Notes: generated by a model from the letters alone, not told the origin. DNA of 32,442 bases from a virus (IMGVR_UViG_3300020043_000497:1-32442); one strand, 5' to 3'. Positions 19,043 through 27,313 are shown, counted from the first letter of the stretch. Made by a program: numbers and translations.

Positions 19043-19491
19043 GTGATTTAAAGAAACTAGACGCAGTAGAAGGTTTTGTATCCAAGTGGGTAGCATGGGC
19101 CAAACAAAACACCATGATTGCTGGTTTTATGATTGCTGGCGTACCTGCCATCTTGGGTGCTGGCTACACAGGCATCACTAAGTTCAACGAAGTCAAAGAG
19201 ATGTACGAAGGCTACAGCGGTACCGCCGCGTCAGCATCTACGGCTGAAAAAAAGGTCAAGCTATTAGAAGAAAAGGTAGCGGATCAGCGTGAGGTCATTG
19301 CTAAGATGCAAGAGCGTCTAGCCGAAGCGTTGATGGCGGCTCGTGAAGCTAAGATTGTTGCAGAAAGCACACAGAAAGAACTACGTTCTGGCATGGCTGC
19401 ACAAAAAGTTGAGCTAGACGTAACAAGTTCTACACTACGTTCTGAAATGAACACCCTTAAACGTGCAACAACTAACCGATTAGGAAACTAA
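19039..19491 (+). CDS. Membrane-anchored coiled-coil protein
   Basis: TM MIAGFMIAGVPAILGAGY followed by a long heptad-rich region. Confidence 0.7.
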   Translation: MSDLKKLDAVEGFVSKWVAWAKQNTMIAGFMIAGVPAILGAGYTGITKFNEVKEMYEGYSGTAASASTAEKKVKLLEEKVADQREVIAKMQERLAEALMAAREAKIVAESTQKELRSGMAAQKVELDVTSSTLRSEMNTLKRATTNRLGN

Positions 19492-19492
19492 T

Positions 19493-19897
19493 ATGCTACC
19501 TATTGCAGCCCTACTAGATGTTGGCATGAAAGTGCTTGACAAGTTTGTTCCAGATCCTGAAGCTAAAGCTAAGGCTCAAGCTGAGTTGCTCAAGATGCAA
19601 CAAGAAGGCCGCATGGCTGAATTGCAAGCTGATGTAGCTGAAATGCAAGAAGTTTCTAAGCGTTGGGAAGCTGACATGAGTTCCGATTCTTGGCTATCTA
19701 AAAACATCCGCCCTTTAGCGTTGATTGCTATTTTTACTGCATATTTTGTATTTACAACAATGTCTGCGTTTGGTCTTAATGCCCAAGAGAGCTATGTAAA
19801 TTTGCTAGGGCAGTGGGGTCAAATCGTGTTCTTGGCTTATTTTGGTGGTAGGACTGTCGAGAAGGTTATGGAGATGAGAGGTAAAAAAGATGCTTGA
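19493..19897 (+). CDS. Holin, 3-TM (GTA-type) family
   Basis: LDKFVPDPEAKAKAQ...RWEADMSSDSWLSKNIRP...YFGGRTVEK motifs. Adjacent to the endolysin. Confidence 0.8.
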   Translation: MLPIAALLDVGMKVLDKFVPDPEAKAKAQAELLKMQQEGRMAELQADVAEMQEVSKRWEADMSSDSWLSKNIRPLALIAIFTAYFVFTTMSAFGLNAQESYVNLLGQWGQIVFLAYFGGRTVEKVMEMRGKKDA

Positions 19898-20423
19898 GAA
19901 CCTTGACCGCGCTATAGCGCACACTCTTAAAGAAGAAGGCGGTTACGTTAATCACCCTGCTGATCCAGGCGGTATGACTAATTTGGGCGTAACCAAGCGT
20001 GTTTGGGAAGAATGGGTGGGTCATCCAGTTGACGAAAAGCAAATGAGAGCCCTACAGCCTGCGGATGTGACCCCACTATACCAGCGAAAGTATTGGAACG
20101 CTACAAAATGCTCTGAGTTACCTGCAGGTTTAGACTTGTGCGTGTTTGACACCGCGGTTAACTCTGGCCCTGGTCGAGCAGTCAAGCTATTGCAGGCTTA
20201 CATCGGCGTGGCAGCAGACGGCGCTATCGGTGAAAAGACCTTAGCTGCCATCAATCAGTTTGAGAACCAAGCCTTGATTGACTTAATCAACGGGTATTGT
20301 GACAGCCGCCAAGCTTTCTTAGCTGGCTTACCTACGTTTGCTACCTTCGGTAAAGGTTGGACTGCTCGCGTTGATCGGTTGAGGTCTGAGGCGGTGGATC
20401 TAGCAGGGCAATCACGCCCTTGA
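19890..20423 (+). CDS. Endolysin, glycoside hydrolase family 108 with peptidoglycan-binding domain
   Basis: EGGYVNHPADPGGMTNLGVT catalytic motif, FDTAVNSGPGRA and FGKGWTARV. Confidence 0.92.
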   Translation: MLENLDRAIAHTLKEEGGYVNHPADPGGMTNLGVTKRVWEEWVGHPVDEKQMRALQPADVTPLYQRKYWNATKCSELPAGLDLCVFDTAVNSGPGRAVKLLQAYIGVAADGAIGEKTLAAINQFENQALIDLINGYCDSRQAFLAGLPTFATFGKGWTARVDRLRSEAVDLAGQSRP

Positions 20424-20455
20424 TTGCAGTTACCGTATTCATCACAACAATTCAT
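20255..20455 (-). CDS. Small Cys-motif protein (MNCCDEYGNCNQGRDCPAR...), overlapping the endolysin antisense
   Basis: ATGA-coupled to the upstream minus-strand ORF. Four-Cys N-terminal motif of a kind I recall from small phage proteins. Confidence 0.55.
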   Translation of the reverse strand: MNCCDEYGNCNQGRDCPARSTASDLNRSTRAVQPLPKVANVGKPAKKAWRLSQYPLIKSIKAWFSN

Positions 20456-20616
20456 TTTAAATCCAATCTACAAGTAAATTGCGCCTTAACTATCTCCATG
20501 ACTGCTTGGTAAGATAGTTGGGCATGGCGTCCATGCTTGTGACCTGTACCGTAAGCAAACACCACGCTCACGATAAAGGCCACTGCGTACAGGGTAATGA
20601 TGGCAGGCTTGCTCAT
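20452..20616 (-). CDS. Small membrane protein (54 aa, MSKPAIITLYAVAFIVSVVFAYG...), not in ORF track
   Basis: Translated by hand. ATGA overlaps at both ends; one TM. Confidence 0.7.
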   Translation of the reverse strand: MSKPAIITLYAVAFIVSVVFAYGTGHKHGRHAQLSYQAVMEIVKAQFTCRLDLK

Positions 20617-20834
20617 TTCTTTTTCAGCACCTTAGGTTGGTTCTGTCTGAGGATCTCCACAGGCACGTCTAAGCGTTTGACTTGGTTGTCTTTATGGCAG
20701 CACCACTTATCACCCATCTTTTCAATTATGTCTTTAGCATCGCCATCTATGACCGCGGGCATAAAGTCTAAAACGGCGTTGTAACGTCCTGCGCTAATCA
20801 TTTGTTTCACGAGCTCTCTGTCGCTGTTCTTCAC
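20613..20834 (-). CDS. Hypothetical protein (73 aa)
   Basis: GTG start with an AAGGAG SD. Contains MGDKWCCH. Confidence 0.65.
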   Translation of the reverse strand: MKNSDRELVKQMISAGRYNAVLDFMPAVIDGDAKDIIEKMGDKWCCHKDNQVKRLDVPVEILRQNQPKVLKKK

Positions 20835-20958
20835 GTTCTCTCCTTAGTTCGTTGCATCTAAAACAAATCCACTTGTATGTGAGGCCATCCGGGCTGGTGA
20901 TTCTCCGCCCCGTTTGGTTGTAGCTGCTCAGTTGGCAGTTGCTGCAAATTCTGTTCAT
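20794..20958 (-). CDS. Zinc-ribbon-like protein (54 aa, MNRICSNC...WICFRC...), not in ORF track
   Basis: Translated by hand. Two CxxC pairs; overlaps both neighbours. Confidence 0.55.
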   Translation of the reverse strand: MNRICSNCQLSSYNQTGRRITSPDGLTYKWICFRCNELRREREEQRQRARETND

Positions 20959-21094
20959 GCGGTGTTTCTTTCAATAAAGTTCTGTATGCGTCAATGGCGA
21001 CGCGTAAATCTTCGCGTAAATGCAGCATCTCTTGGGTGCTGTCACTAGCAAACTTTACCAAATTTGCATGGCTCCATGTACTAAAGTCGGTCAT
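20858..21094 (-). CDS. Hypothetical protein (78 aa)
   Basis: ATGA-coupled. FSTWSHANLVKFA followed by a short coiled coil. Confidence 0.65.
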   Translation of the reverse strand: MTDFSTWSHANLVKFASDSTQEMLHLREDLRVAIDAYRTLLKETPHEQNLQQLPTEQLQPNGAENHQPGWPHIQVDLF

Positions 21095-21285
21095 GGCTGG
21101 GCTGCTTCTTTCATAATCTCAATACGTTCACGGGATGCTCGCACAATCGTATATCGTTGGTGCAAGCGTTGTAAAACAGAAGCACGGCGCTCGCCAGTGC
21201 GTTCTTCGTTGAGCATGGTTACTAGCTCATCTTCGGTGAGTTGCGTCAGCACATCATTTAGTGCGCGCCAGCTTAATCTTTTCAC
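21091..21285 (-). CDS. Hypothetical protein (64 aa)
   Basis: GTG start after an AAGGA SD. Contains RASVLQRLHQRY. Confidence 0.7.
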   Translation of the reverse strand: MKRLSWRALNDVLTQLTEDELVTMLNEERTGERRASVLQRLHQRYTIVRASRERIEIMKEAAQP

Positions 21286-21427
21286 GGATAATCCTTTCGT
21301 TCAGTTGTACAACCTTATTAACGGCTCGCTCATGGGCGCGCTTGGCAGATGTAGCAAACCTAGCACGGATGGTGGCCTCGGCCTTAGCAGCCTTTAGTTG
21401 TGTTCTTAAGCTTAACAGTTTGCTCAT
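21254..21427 (-). CDS. Basic helical protein (57 aa, MSKLLSLRTQLKAAKAE...), not in ORF track
   Basis: Translated by hand. AAGGA SD; fills an operon gap. Confidence 0.65.
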   Translation of the reverse strand: MSKLLSLRTQLKAAKAEATIRARFATSAKRAHERAVNKVVQLNERIIREKIKLARTK

Positions 21428-21554
21428 GTAACTTCCTTTCTAAAATTTCAATCTCTAAAACCAAGTCACGGATCATGTGTGCGATGTTCGTGTCTGGTGC
21501 GTATTCGTCAATGTCATCAGCCATTTGCTTGGCTTTTTCAATTAAGTTGCTCAT
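21384..21554 (-). CDS. Hypothetical protein (56 aa, MSNLIEKAKQMADDIDEY...), not in ORF track
   Basis: Translated by hand. ATGA-coupled to the helicase stop; GAGGA SD. Confidence 0.65.
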   Translation of the reverse strand: MSNLIEKAKQMADDIDEYAPDTNIAHMIRDLVLEIEILERKLHEQTVKLKNTTKGC

Positions 21555-22885
21555 TTCAGTTCCTCTAGTGCTATGTCAGATATGGCCCTTTTATCCTTCA
21601 GGGCGCCCCAAATGCGTTCGTCTATTGTCTTGTTAGCCATCAATAGATAAACCCAAACGTCGTGCGTCTGCCCTGATCGGTGCAAGCGCCCAACGGTTTG
21701 TTCGTACAGTTCCAAGCTCCAAGGCAGGGAAACAAACACCATTTTGCAACCGCCATGCTGTAAGTTCAAGCCATGACCGGCTGACTTAGGGTGAATCAAT
21801 AGCAGTTCAATCTTGCCCTCATTCCAACGCTCAATGGCCTTGGTGTCGTTAATCGTCTGAGCGTGAGGATACCTGCGCTTGAGTTCAGCCAGTTCTTCTA
21901 CGTAGTTGTAGACGATGATGGTGTTGGCGTGTTGGTTTTCCTCAAGCAACTCGTCTAGCAGGTCAAACTTATGGTAACTGAACCACAGAGGTGTGTTGGA
22001 TACGTTGAACTTGCCAGGCGTGTCCGATGCAGTCGTTTCGGTGTTGTAAACGAAGCCTGACGACATCTGCTGTAACTTGCCTGTTACCACACCTGCGTTG
22101 ACGGCTGTAATCTGCTCAGTGCCAAACTCCACCACAAAGTCCTTCTTCATCTTTTCGTAGGGTGCTCTGTCGTCTAGGTCGCACTTCATCTCAACCACAT
22201 GGCATGGTGGCAGCTTGTCCTTGTATTCGCCTGCGTCTAGCAGGAATGTTGCTGGTTTGATTTGTTTCATAACCGCCTCTAGTGAACCTACACGTGGCGC
22301 CCATTCGCCAAAATCCTTGTTAACAAGAACGAAATACTGTTGCATGAACGCGCCTTTGGCACGACCTAGCAGGCTCTGGTCAACAATCTTGCACTGACCA
22401 AACACATCCTCAAGGCCGTTGCTAGTGAACGAACCAGTCAAACCCCAACGCACCTTGATCTTGTCAATCACTTTAGACAGGGCTTTGAAGCGCAGTCCTG
22501 ATGAGTTCTTGAGTCTTGTTAGCTCATCAAACACGATGCCATCAAAGTTCAAGTCTTGCGTAGCTAACCACTGTATGTTGTCGTAGTTAGTCACCACCAC
22601 AGGCATATCAGACATGAGGGCGTGTAGGCGTTGCGCTGGCGTACCTACTGCAACCGCTAATGGCATTTCAGACGCCCACTTGGGTTGCTCGACAGGCCAC
22701 ACATCGGTGCAGACACGTTTAGGGGCTAACACTAGCCAACGCTTGACGATGCCACAGCGCAACATATCGGACATGGCGGTCAGCGTGATGGCCGTCTTGC
22801 CTGCACCTACAGGCGCAAGGATCATGGCGCGGTCATGCTCGTACAAAAAATCGGCAGCCTTTTCTTGGTAATCACGTAATTTCAA
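21551..22885 (-). CDS. SF2 (SNF2-like) helicase
   Basis: Q motif LRDYQ, Walker A APVGAGKT, Walker B FDE, motif III LTGS, SAGHGLNLQ and QTVGRLHRSGQ. Confidence 0.92.
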   Translation of the reverse strand: MKLRDYQEKAADFLYEHDRAMILAPVGAGKTAITLTAMSDMLRCGIVKRWLVLAPKRVCTDVWPVEQPKWASEMPLAVAVGTPAQRLHALMSDMPVVVTNYDNIQWLATQDLNFDGIVFDELTRLKNSSGLRFKALSKVIDKIKVRWGLTGSFTSNGLEDVFGQCKIVDQSLLGRAKGAFMQQYFVLVNKDFGEWAPRVGSLEAVMKQIKPATFLLDAGEYKDKLPPCHVVEMKCDLDDRAPYEKMKKDFVVEFGTEQITAVNAGVVTGKLQQMSSGFVYNTETTASDTPGKFNVSNTPLWFSYHKFDLLDELLEENQHANTIIVYNYVEELAELKRRYPHAQTINDTKAIERWNEGKIELLLIHPKSAGHGLNLQHGGCKMVFVSLPWSLELYEQTVGRLHRSGQTHDVWVYLLMANKTIDERIWGALKDKRAISDIALEELK

Positions 22886-23040
22886 AATGGTGCCTCTCCA
22901 ACGATGTCAAATAGATTAGGTTTTACTTTGCGTGGAAGCACGACTAATGACCAATCATGTTGCATAAATGCAACAGCTTCAGCACGGGTGTGGAAGATAC
23001 GCAGGGCTTGGCCTGTTTCATCTTTAACGAGGTAGCGCAT
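22882..23040 (-). CDS. Hypothetical protein (52 aa, MRYLVKDETG...EAPF; start revised)
   Basis: ATG at 23040 overlaps the VRR-NUC end. Stop overlaps the helicase TTG start. Confidence 0.6.
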   Translation of the reverse strand: MRYLVKDETGQALRIFHTRAEAVAFMQHDWSLVVLPRKVKPNLFDIVGEAPF

Positions 23041-23305
23041 TGTCCATCCAAGTATCAACGTGTTCTTTTGACCACAAGCAAGCGTAGTTTTGATGCAGTG
23101 ACTTAAGATTGTGAGCATGAACTTGTTGCAGCGCACTCAACTTACCACCTTCAGTTTTAAGTTCTACAAACCATGTCACACCGCCTGGCAAACAAGCGAT
23201 GCGGTCTGTAACACCGCGCTGTGTAGGGCTGCGGAACTTATAGGTGATGCCACCTAGCCGTTGCACAGCCCAGATAAAATATTTCTCTACTTCTTTTTCT
23301 AACAT
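23024..23305 (-). CDS. VRR-NUC domain nuclease (start revised to MLEKEVE)
   Basis: E..VE...GVTDRI...FVELK...GKLSALQ PD-(D/E)XK pattern. AGGAG SD upstream of 23305. Confidence 0.88.
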   Translation of the reverse strand: MLEKEVEKYFIWAVQRLGGITYKFRSPTQRGVTDRIACLPGGVTWFVELKTEGGKLSALQQVHAHNLKSLHQNYACLWSKEHVDTWMDNALPR

Positions 23306-23331
23306 AGTGTATTCTCCTGTTTGTGTAACAG

Positions 23332-23362
23332 AATATACCACAGTAAAAAAGTTTTGCACAAT
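23332..23362 (-). promoter_or_regulatory. Leftward sigma70 promoter (extended -10)
   Basis: Minus strand reads TTGTGC-N18-TATATT, with TGTGG directly before the -10. Confidence 0.55.
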
Positions 23363-23382
23363 AATTATTTCTGTGATACAGT
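23354..23382 (+). promoter_or_regulatory. Rightward sigma70 promoter (extended -10)
   Basis: TTGCAC-N17-TACAGT, with TGTGA directly before the -10, upstream of the replication operon. Confidence 0.65.
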
Positions 23383-23414
23383 GGAATCTCAATCAATAAA
23401 GTAAAGGAAATTAA

Positions 23415-24551
23415 ATGACAGTCGTAACAGCCCACAGCCGAGTTGTCGGCGGTTCAACAGCCAAGCGTGTGATTGCTTGTCCAGGCTCAGTTGCTCTATG
23501 CGACACAGTGCCACCAAAGCCAAGTAGCAAATACGCTGACGAAGGCACCCTATTACATAACATCATTTCTGAAGTGCTTGAAACAAATAAAGCGCCTATT
23601 GATTTCTTAGGCACTAAGTACAACGACGTGGTGTTCACCAAAGAATTATTAGAGGACAAGCTGTTCCCAGCCTTGGACTTGTTAGACGAAGTAGACCCTA
23701 AGAAGGAGATGGAATATGCAACTGAAACTCGCGTTGGCTTTGGCGATTTTCTTCCTGATGTGTTTGGTAGTACCGATCTCCTTGGTCGTATTGGGACAAG
23801 AGCTATCGTCTTGGATTGGAAGTTTGGTTCAGGCGTAGCCGTTGACGCTGAAGAAAACCAACAGTTGATGTTCTATGCAGCCGCAGCTATGCGTACCAAA
23901 GAGTCGCAGTGGGTGTTTGAAGGTGCGACTGAGATTGAGTGCATCATTGTGCAACCGCCTGAAATCAAGCGTTGGATAACAACACCCGAGCGCATCAAAG
24001 CGTTTGAGAATGAACTCAAGATGGCCGTACAGATTGCACAAAAGCCTGACGCACCGTTGAGCCATGGCGAGCACTGCCGTTGGTGTGCCGCCAAGCCTGT
24101 CTGTCCTAAAATGACAGGTGCAGTAGACCGTGCATTAAAAGCGCAGATTGAAGCGTTAGACGTGGTACACATTGGTGGCTATCTTAAAAACGCGGATATG
24201 TTAGAGCAGTGGATTACAGACCTACGCGCCCTAGCGCATCAAGTATTGGAGTCTGGCAAAGAAGTGCCAGGCTGGAAATTAGTAGCCAAGCGCGCCACAC
24301 GTCAATGGGTGGATGAGGAACTGGCCGCCAAAGAACTTATGAACGACTTGTCACCTGACGAGTTGTATACTAAAAAATTACTGTCGCCTGCTCAAGCAGA
24401 AAAGATACTTAAGAAGGCGAAAAAAGAATTACCCGCTAATCACGTTGTTGCGATTAGCTCAGGTAGTACGTTGGCACCCGTGGATGATCCACGCCCAGCG
24501 GTGTTGCAAATCGGGCAGCAATTGACCGCAGCCCTCTCTAAACTTCAATAA
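23415..24551 (+). CDS. Cas4-like PD-(D/E)XK exonuclease (DUF2800-type)
   Basis: ACPGS...ADEGTLLH, FGSTDL, VLDWKFG, QLMFYA and CRWCAAKPVCP (1+3 Cys, Fe-S pattern). Confidence 0.85.
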   Translation: MTVVTAHSRVVGGSTAKRVIACPGSVALCDTVPPKPSSKYADEGTLLHNIISEVLETNKAPIDFLGTKYNDVVFTKELLEDKLFPALDLLDEVDPKKEMEYATETRVGFGDFLPDVFGSTDLLGRIGTRAIVLDWKFGSGVAVDAEENQQLMFYAAAAMRTKESQWVFEGATEIECIIVQPPEIKRWITTPERIKAFENELKMAVQIAQKPDAPLSHGEHCRWCAAKPVCPKMTGAVDRALKAQIEALDVVHIGGYLKNADMLEQWITDLRALAHQVLESGKEVPGWKLVAKRATRQWVDEELAAKELMNDLSPDELYTKKLLSPAQAEKILKKAKKELPANHVVAISSGSTLAPVDDPRPAVLQIGQQLTAALSKLQ

Positions 24552-24562
24552 AGGAATCAATC

Positions 24563-25219
24563 ATGTCAAATTTAGTATCTTTCGGTTCAGGTAATCTACC
24601 TTCAGTAGCATCATTAACAACAGCCTTGCGTTCTATCGAAACTGAAATCGGCCCTGCTGGCGTCGTTATCATCAAGATGGACAAGACAGGTCACTGGGTG
24701 TTCGGTGCAGACCAAACAGAAATCGAGGACGACGCTCTTTGGGCAATCAATCCATTCTCATTCGTGCATGGCTTCATTGCATGGGGTGATGGTGAAGTTC
24801 TTGGTGAGAAGATGGTGTCTGTATCACAGCCTTTGCCTGAGCTAGACGCTGCTCCACCTAACGCTAAAAAAGGTTGGGAAGCACAGGTTGGTCTTTCAAT
24901 GAAGTGCATCTCAGGTGAAGATAAGGGCATGGAAGCGCGCTATACAACAACTTCGGTTGGCGGTAAGCGTTCTGTTCAAGCCTTGGCTGTGGCCATCGCT
25001 ACGCAAGTAGAGAAGGATCAAACCAAGCCAGTACCAGTGGTGCTACTCAAGAAAGAACACTACACGCACAAGTCTTATGGTCGCATTTACACACCAGTGT
25101 TCGACATCCAAGAATGGGTGACGATGGATGTGGAAGCTGCGCCTGCGGATGCGCCTAAGATTGAAGCACCGCAAGCTGAAGAAGCTGCGCCTGCATCAAC
25201 ACGTCGCCGTCGTAGCTAA
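24563..25219 (+). CDS. Putative ssDNA-binding/annealing protein
   Basis: Lies between exonuclease and polymerase. Aromatic beta-rich core (YGRIYTPVF), flexible tail and highly biased codons. Function inferred from position. Confidence 0.55.
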   Translation: MSNLVSFGSGNLPSVASLTTALRSIETEIGPAGVVIIKMDKTGHWVFGADQTEIEDDALWAINPFSFVHGFIAWGDGEVLGEKMVSVSQPLPELDAAPPNAKKGWEAQVGLSMKCISGEDKGMEARYTTTSVGGKRSVQALAVAIATQVEKDQTKPVPVVLLKKEHYTHKSYGRIYTPVFDIQEWVTMDVEAAPADAPKIEAPQAEEAAPASTRRRRS

Positions 25220-25223
25220 AGAA

Positions 25224-25310
25224 TAGGGGTGAAAGCGGATGCTAACAAACTAGGATTGCCCTTATATACAAGGATTGCCCTATGTTAGACGCAGCGAGTA
25301 GCCCCACCTA
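25224..25310 (+). ncRNA. Candidate structured RNA in the SSB-polymerase intergenic region
   Basis: GGGGT/GCCCC outer stem, GAAA facing GAGTA, CTAACA/TGTTAG inner stem, and a loop with two copies of AGGATTGCCCT. Confidence 0.5.
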
Positions 25311-25314
25311 CACT

Positions 25315-27261
25315 ATGACAACACTTTGGTTAGACTTTGAAACCCGTAGTCGTTGCGACTTACTCAGTCGTGGCGTTTACAACTACGCTCAAGACGGTAG
25401 CACCGATGTGCTCTGCATGAGCTATGCCTTTGACGATGGGGATGTCCAGACTTGGACGCCTGATCAACCTTTTCCTGAGCGAGTACGTAACCACAAGGGT
25501 CAAATCAGGGCGCACAACGCAGCCTTTGAGCGACTCATCTTCTGGTACGTGCTCCAAATCAATTACGACCTAGAGCAGTTCTACTGCACCGCCACGCAAG
25601 CCCGCGCCAACTGCGCGCCTGGCTCGCTTGATGACGTGGGTCGCTTCGCTTCGGTGTCCATGAAGAAGGATCACCGTGGCTCACAGTTGATACGCCTGCT
25701 ATCTATCCCACGCGGTGATGGTACGTTTAACACTGACCCTGACCTAATGGCTGAGATGGTGGCCTACTGCGAACAAGACGTCAGAGCCATGCGAGCCATT
25801 TCGTTGGCCATGCGTGAGCTATCCAACGAGGAGTTGCTTGATTACCACGTCAGCGAGCGCATCAATGACCGCGGTGTGTTGCTCGACAAGCCCTTGGCTG
25901 AGGCAGCCGTGCGCTACGCAGGTGAGGAGTTGGCTGAGATTGAGAACCTCGTGGCTGAGATTACTGAGGGTGAAATTACATCCGTTCGCAGCCCACGCAT
26001 GAGAGAATGGGTGCTCGCCCGTGTGGGTGACCAAGCCAAGAAACTGATGGAGAGTTATAAAGATGGCGAGAAGAAATATTCAATCGACAAAACAGTTCGA
26101 GCTAACTTACTTATTCTTGCTGATGAAAACCCCGATGAAATACCGGCGGAAGTTGCAGATGTTATCCAATGTGCGGACGACCTATGGGCGTCTAGTGTTG
26201 CAAAATTCAAGAGATTAGCGGAGTTAGCAGATGAAGAAGATTCAAGAGTTAGAGGAGCTTTTGTCTTTGCTGGCGGTAGCGCCACTGGACGTGCTTCAAG
26301 CTATGGAGCGCAAGTACACAACTTTACACGTAAATGTGCCAAAGATCCCGACACTGTACGACACGCCATGGTGCGAGGACATCAAATCGTTCCGACCTAC
26401 GGACGACGCGTTACGGATGTCCTTAAAGGAATGCTACGTCCCTCACTCATACCCGAACGGGGAAAATCATTAGTCGTTGCTGACTGGGCGGCCATCGAGG
26501 CGCGTGTCAACCCTTGGCTATCCAACTGCGAGGCAGGTGAGCGTAAGCTAGAGTTGTTCCGCCAAGGTGAGGATGTCTACAAGGTCAACGCCTCTGCCAC
26601 GTTCCATGTGCCTGTTGAGGCTGTCAATGGTGATCAACGTCAGATTGGTAAGGTTCAAGAGCTGGCTTGCGGATTCGCAGGTGGTGTCGGTGCCTTCGCT
26701 GCGATGGGTCGAGCCTACGGCATCTTGTTGCCTGAAGCCGAAGCCAAGCGCATGGTCAATGGCTGGCGCCTGGCTAACTCATGGGCTGTGCCGTATTGGC
26801 AGAACCTTGAGAGCGCCTACACAAGGGCGATGCGTAACAAAGGCCATGAGTTCAGCGCAGGTCGTGTGACCTATTTGTTTGATGGTTTACACCTATGGTA
26901 CGCACTTCCAAGTGGTCGTGTGCTATGCTATCCCTTCGCCAAATTAGACGCAGACGGAGTGACTTATGCCAAAGCTTCATGGAAGCCAGCAGCAGATGCC
27001 AAAGAATGGCCAAGAGCTAGATTATGGAAAGGATTGGCTTGTGAGAACATCACTCAAGCCGTGGCTAACGATCTGCTACGTCACAGTCTGCGCCATCTCG
27101 ATGATGTGGTCTTACACGTCCACGACGAGATAGTTATCGAAACTAGCGACCCTGAGTTTGCAACAAAAGAGATGGAGCGTGTCATGTGTTCAACGCCTGA
27201 GTGGGCGACGGGCATCCCGATGAACATAGAAGTACAGACCATGACACGGTACGGTAAGTAA
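25315..27261 (+). CDS. DNA polymerase, family A with 3'-5' exonuclease (start revised from 25282)
   Basis: Exonuclease motifs DFET, AHNAAFE and YCEQD. Polymerase motifs A (ADWAAIEARV), B (RQIGKVQELACGF) and C (HVHDEIV). Confidence 0.93.
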   Translation: MTTLWLDFETRSRCDLLSRGVYNYAQDGSTDVLCMSYAFDDGDVQTWTPDQPFPERVRNHKGQIRAHNAAFERLIFWYVLQINYDLEQFYCTATQARANCAPGSLDDVGRFASVSMKKDHRGSQLIRLLSIPRGDGTFNTDPDLMAEMVAYCEQDVRAMRAISLAMRELSNEELLDYHVSERINDRGVLLDKPLAEAAVRYAGEELAEIENLVAEITEGEITSVRSPRMREWVLARVGDQAKKLMESYKDGEKKYSIDKTVRANLLILADENPDEIPAEVADVIQCADDLWASSVAKFKRLAELADEEDSRVRGAFVFAGGSATGRASSYGAQVHNFTRKCAKDPDTVRHAMVRGHQIVPTYGRRVTDVLKGMLRPSLIPERGKSLVVADWAAIEARVNPWLSNCEAGERKLELFRQGEDVYKVNASATFHVPVEAVNGDQRQIGKVQELACGFAGGVGAFAAMGRAYGILLPEAEAKRMVNGWRLANSWAVPYWQNLESAYTRAMRNKGHEFSAGRVTYLFDGLHLWYALPSGRVLCYPFAKLDADGVTYAKASWKPAADAKEWPRARLWKGLACENITQAVANDLLRHSLRHLDDVVLHVHDEIVIETSDPEFATKEMERVMCSTPEWATGIPMNIEVQTMTRYGK

Positions 27262-27289
27262 AAAAAGCCCCTAGTGAGTGCTAGGGGCT
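27260..27289 (-). terminator. Intrinsic terminator oriented for minus-strand transcription
   Basis: AGCCCCTAG-N6-CTAGGGGCT with an A-tract on the left side only. Confidence 0.65.
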
Positions 27290-27313
27290 AATCAACAAAC
27301 GAGGAAATAACAA

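Noticed and set aside
23306-23392. Longer VRR-NUC start given in the ORF track
   Set aside because: It would run through the divergent promoters. ATG 23305 has an AGGAG SD and matches the usual domain start.
23415-24551. Cas4-like gene as evidence of a CRISPR-Cas system
   Set aside because: No repeat-spacer array or other cas genes were seen. Solo Cas4-like nucleases are usual in this type of replication module.
25282-25314. N-terminal extension of the polymerase given in the ORF track
   Set aside because: It falls within the structured intergenic element. The exonuclease domain begins right after ATG 25315.
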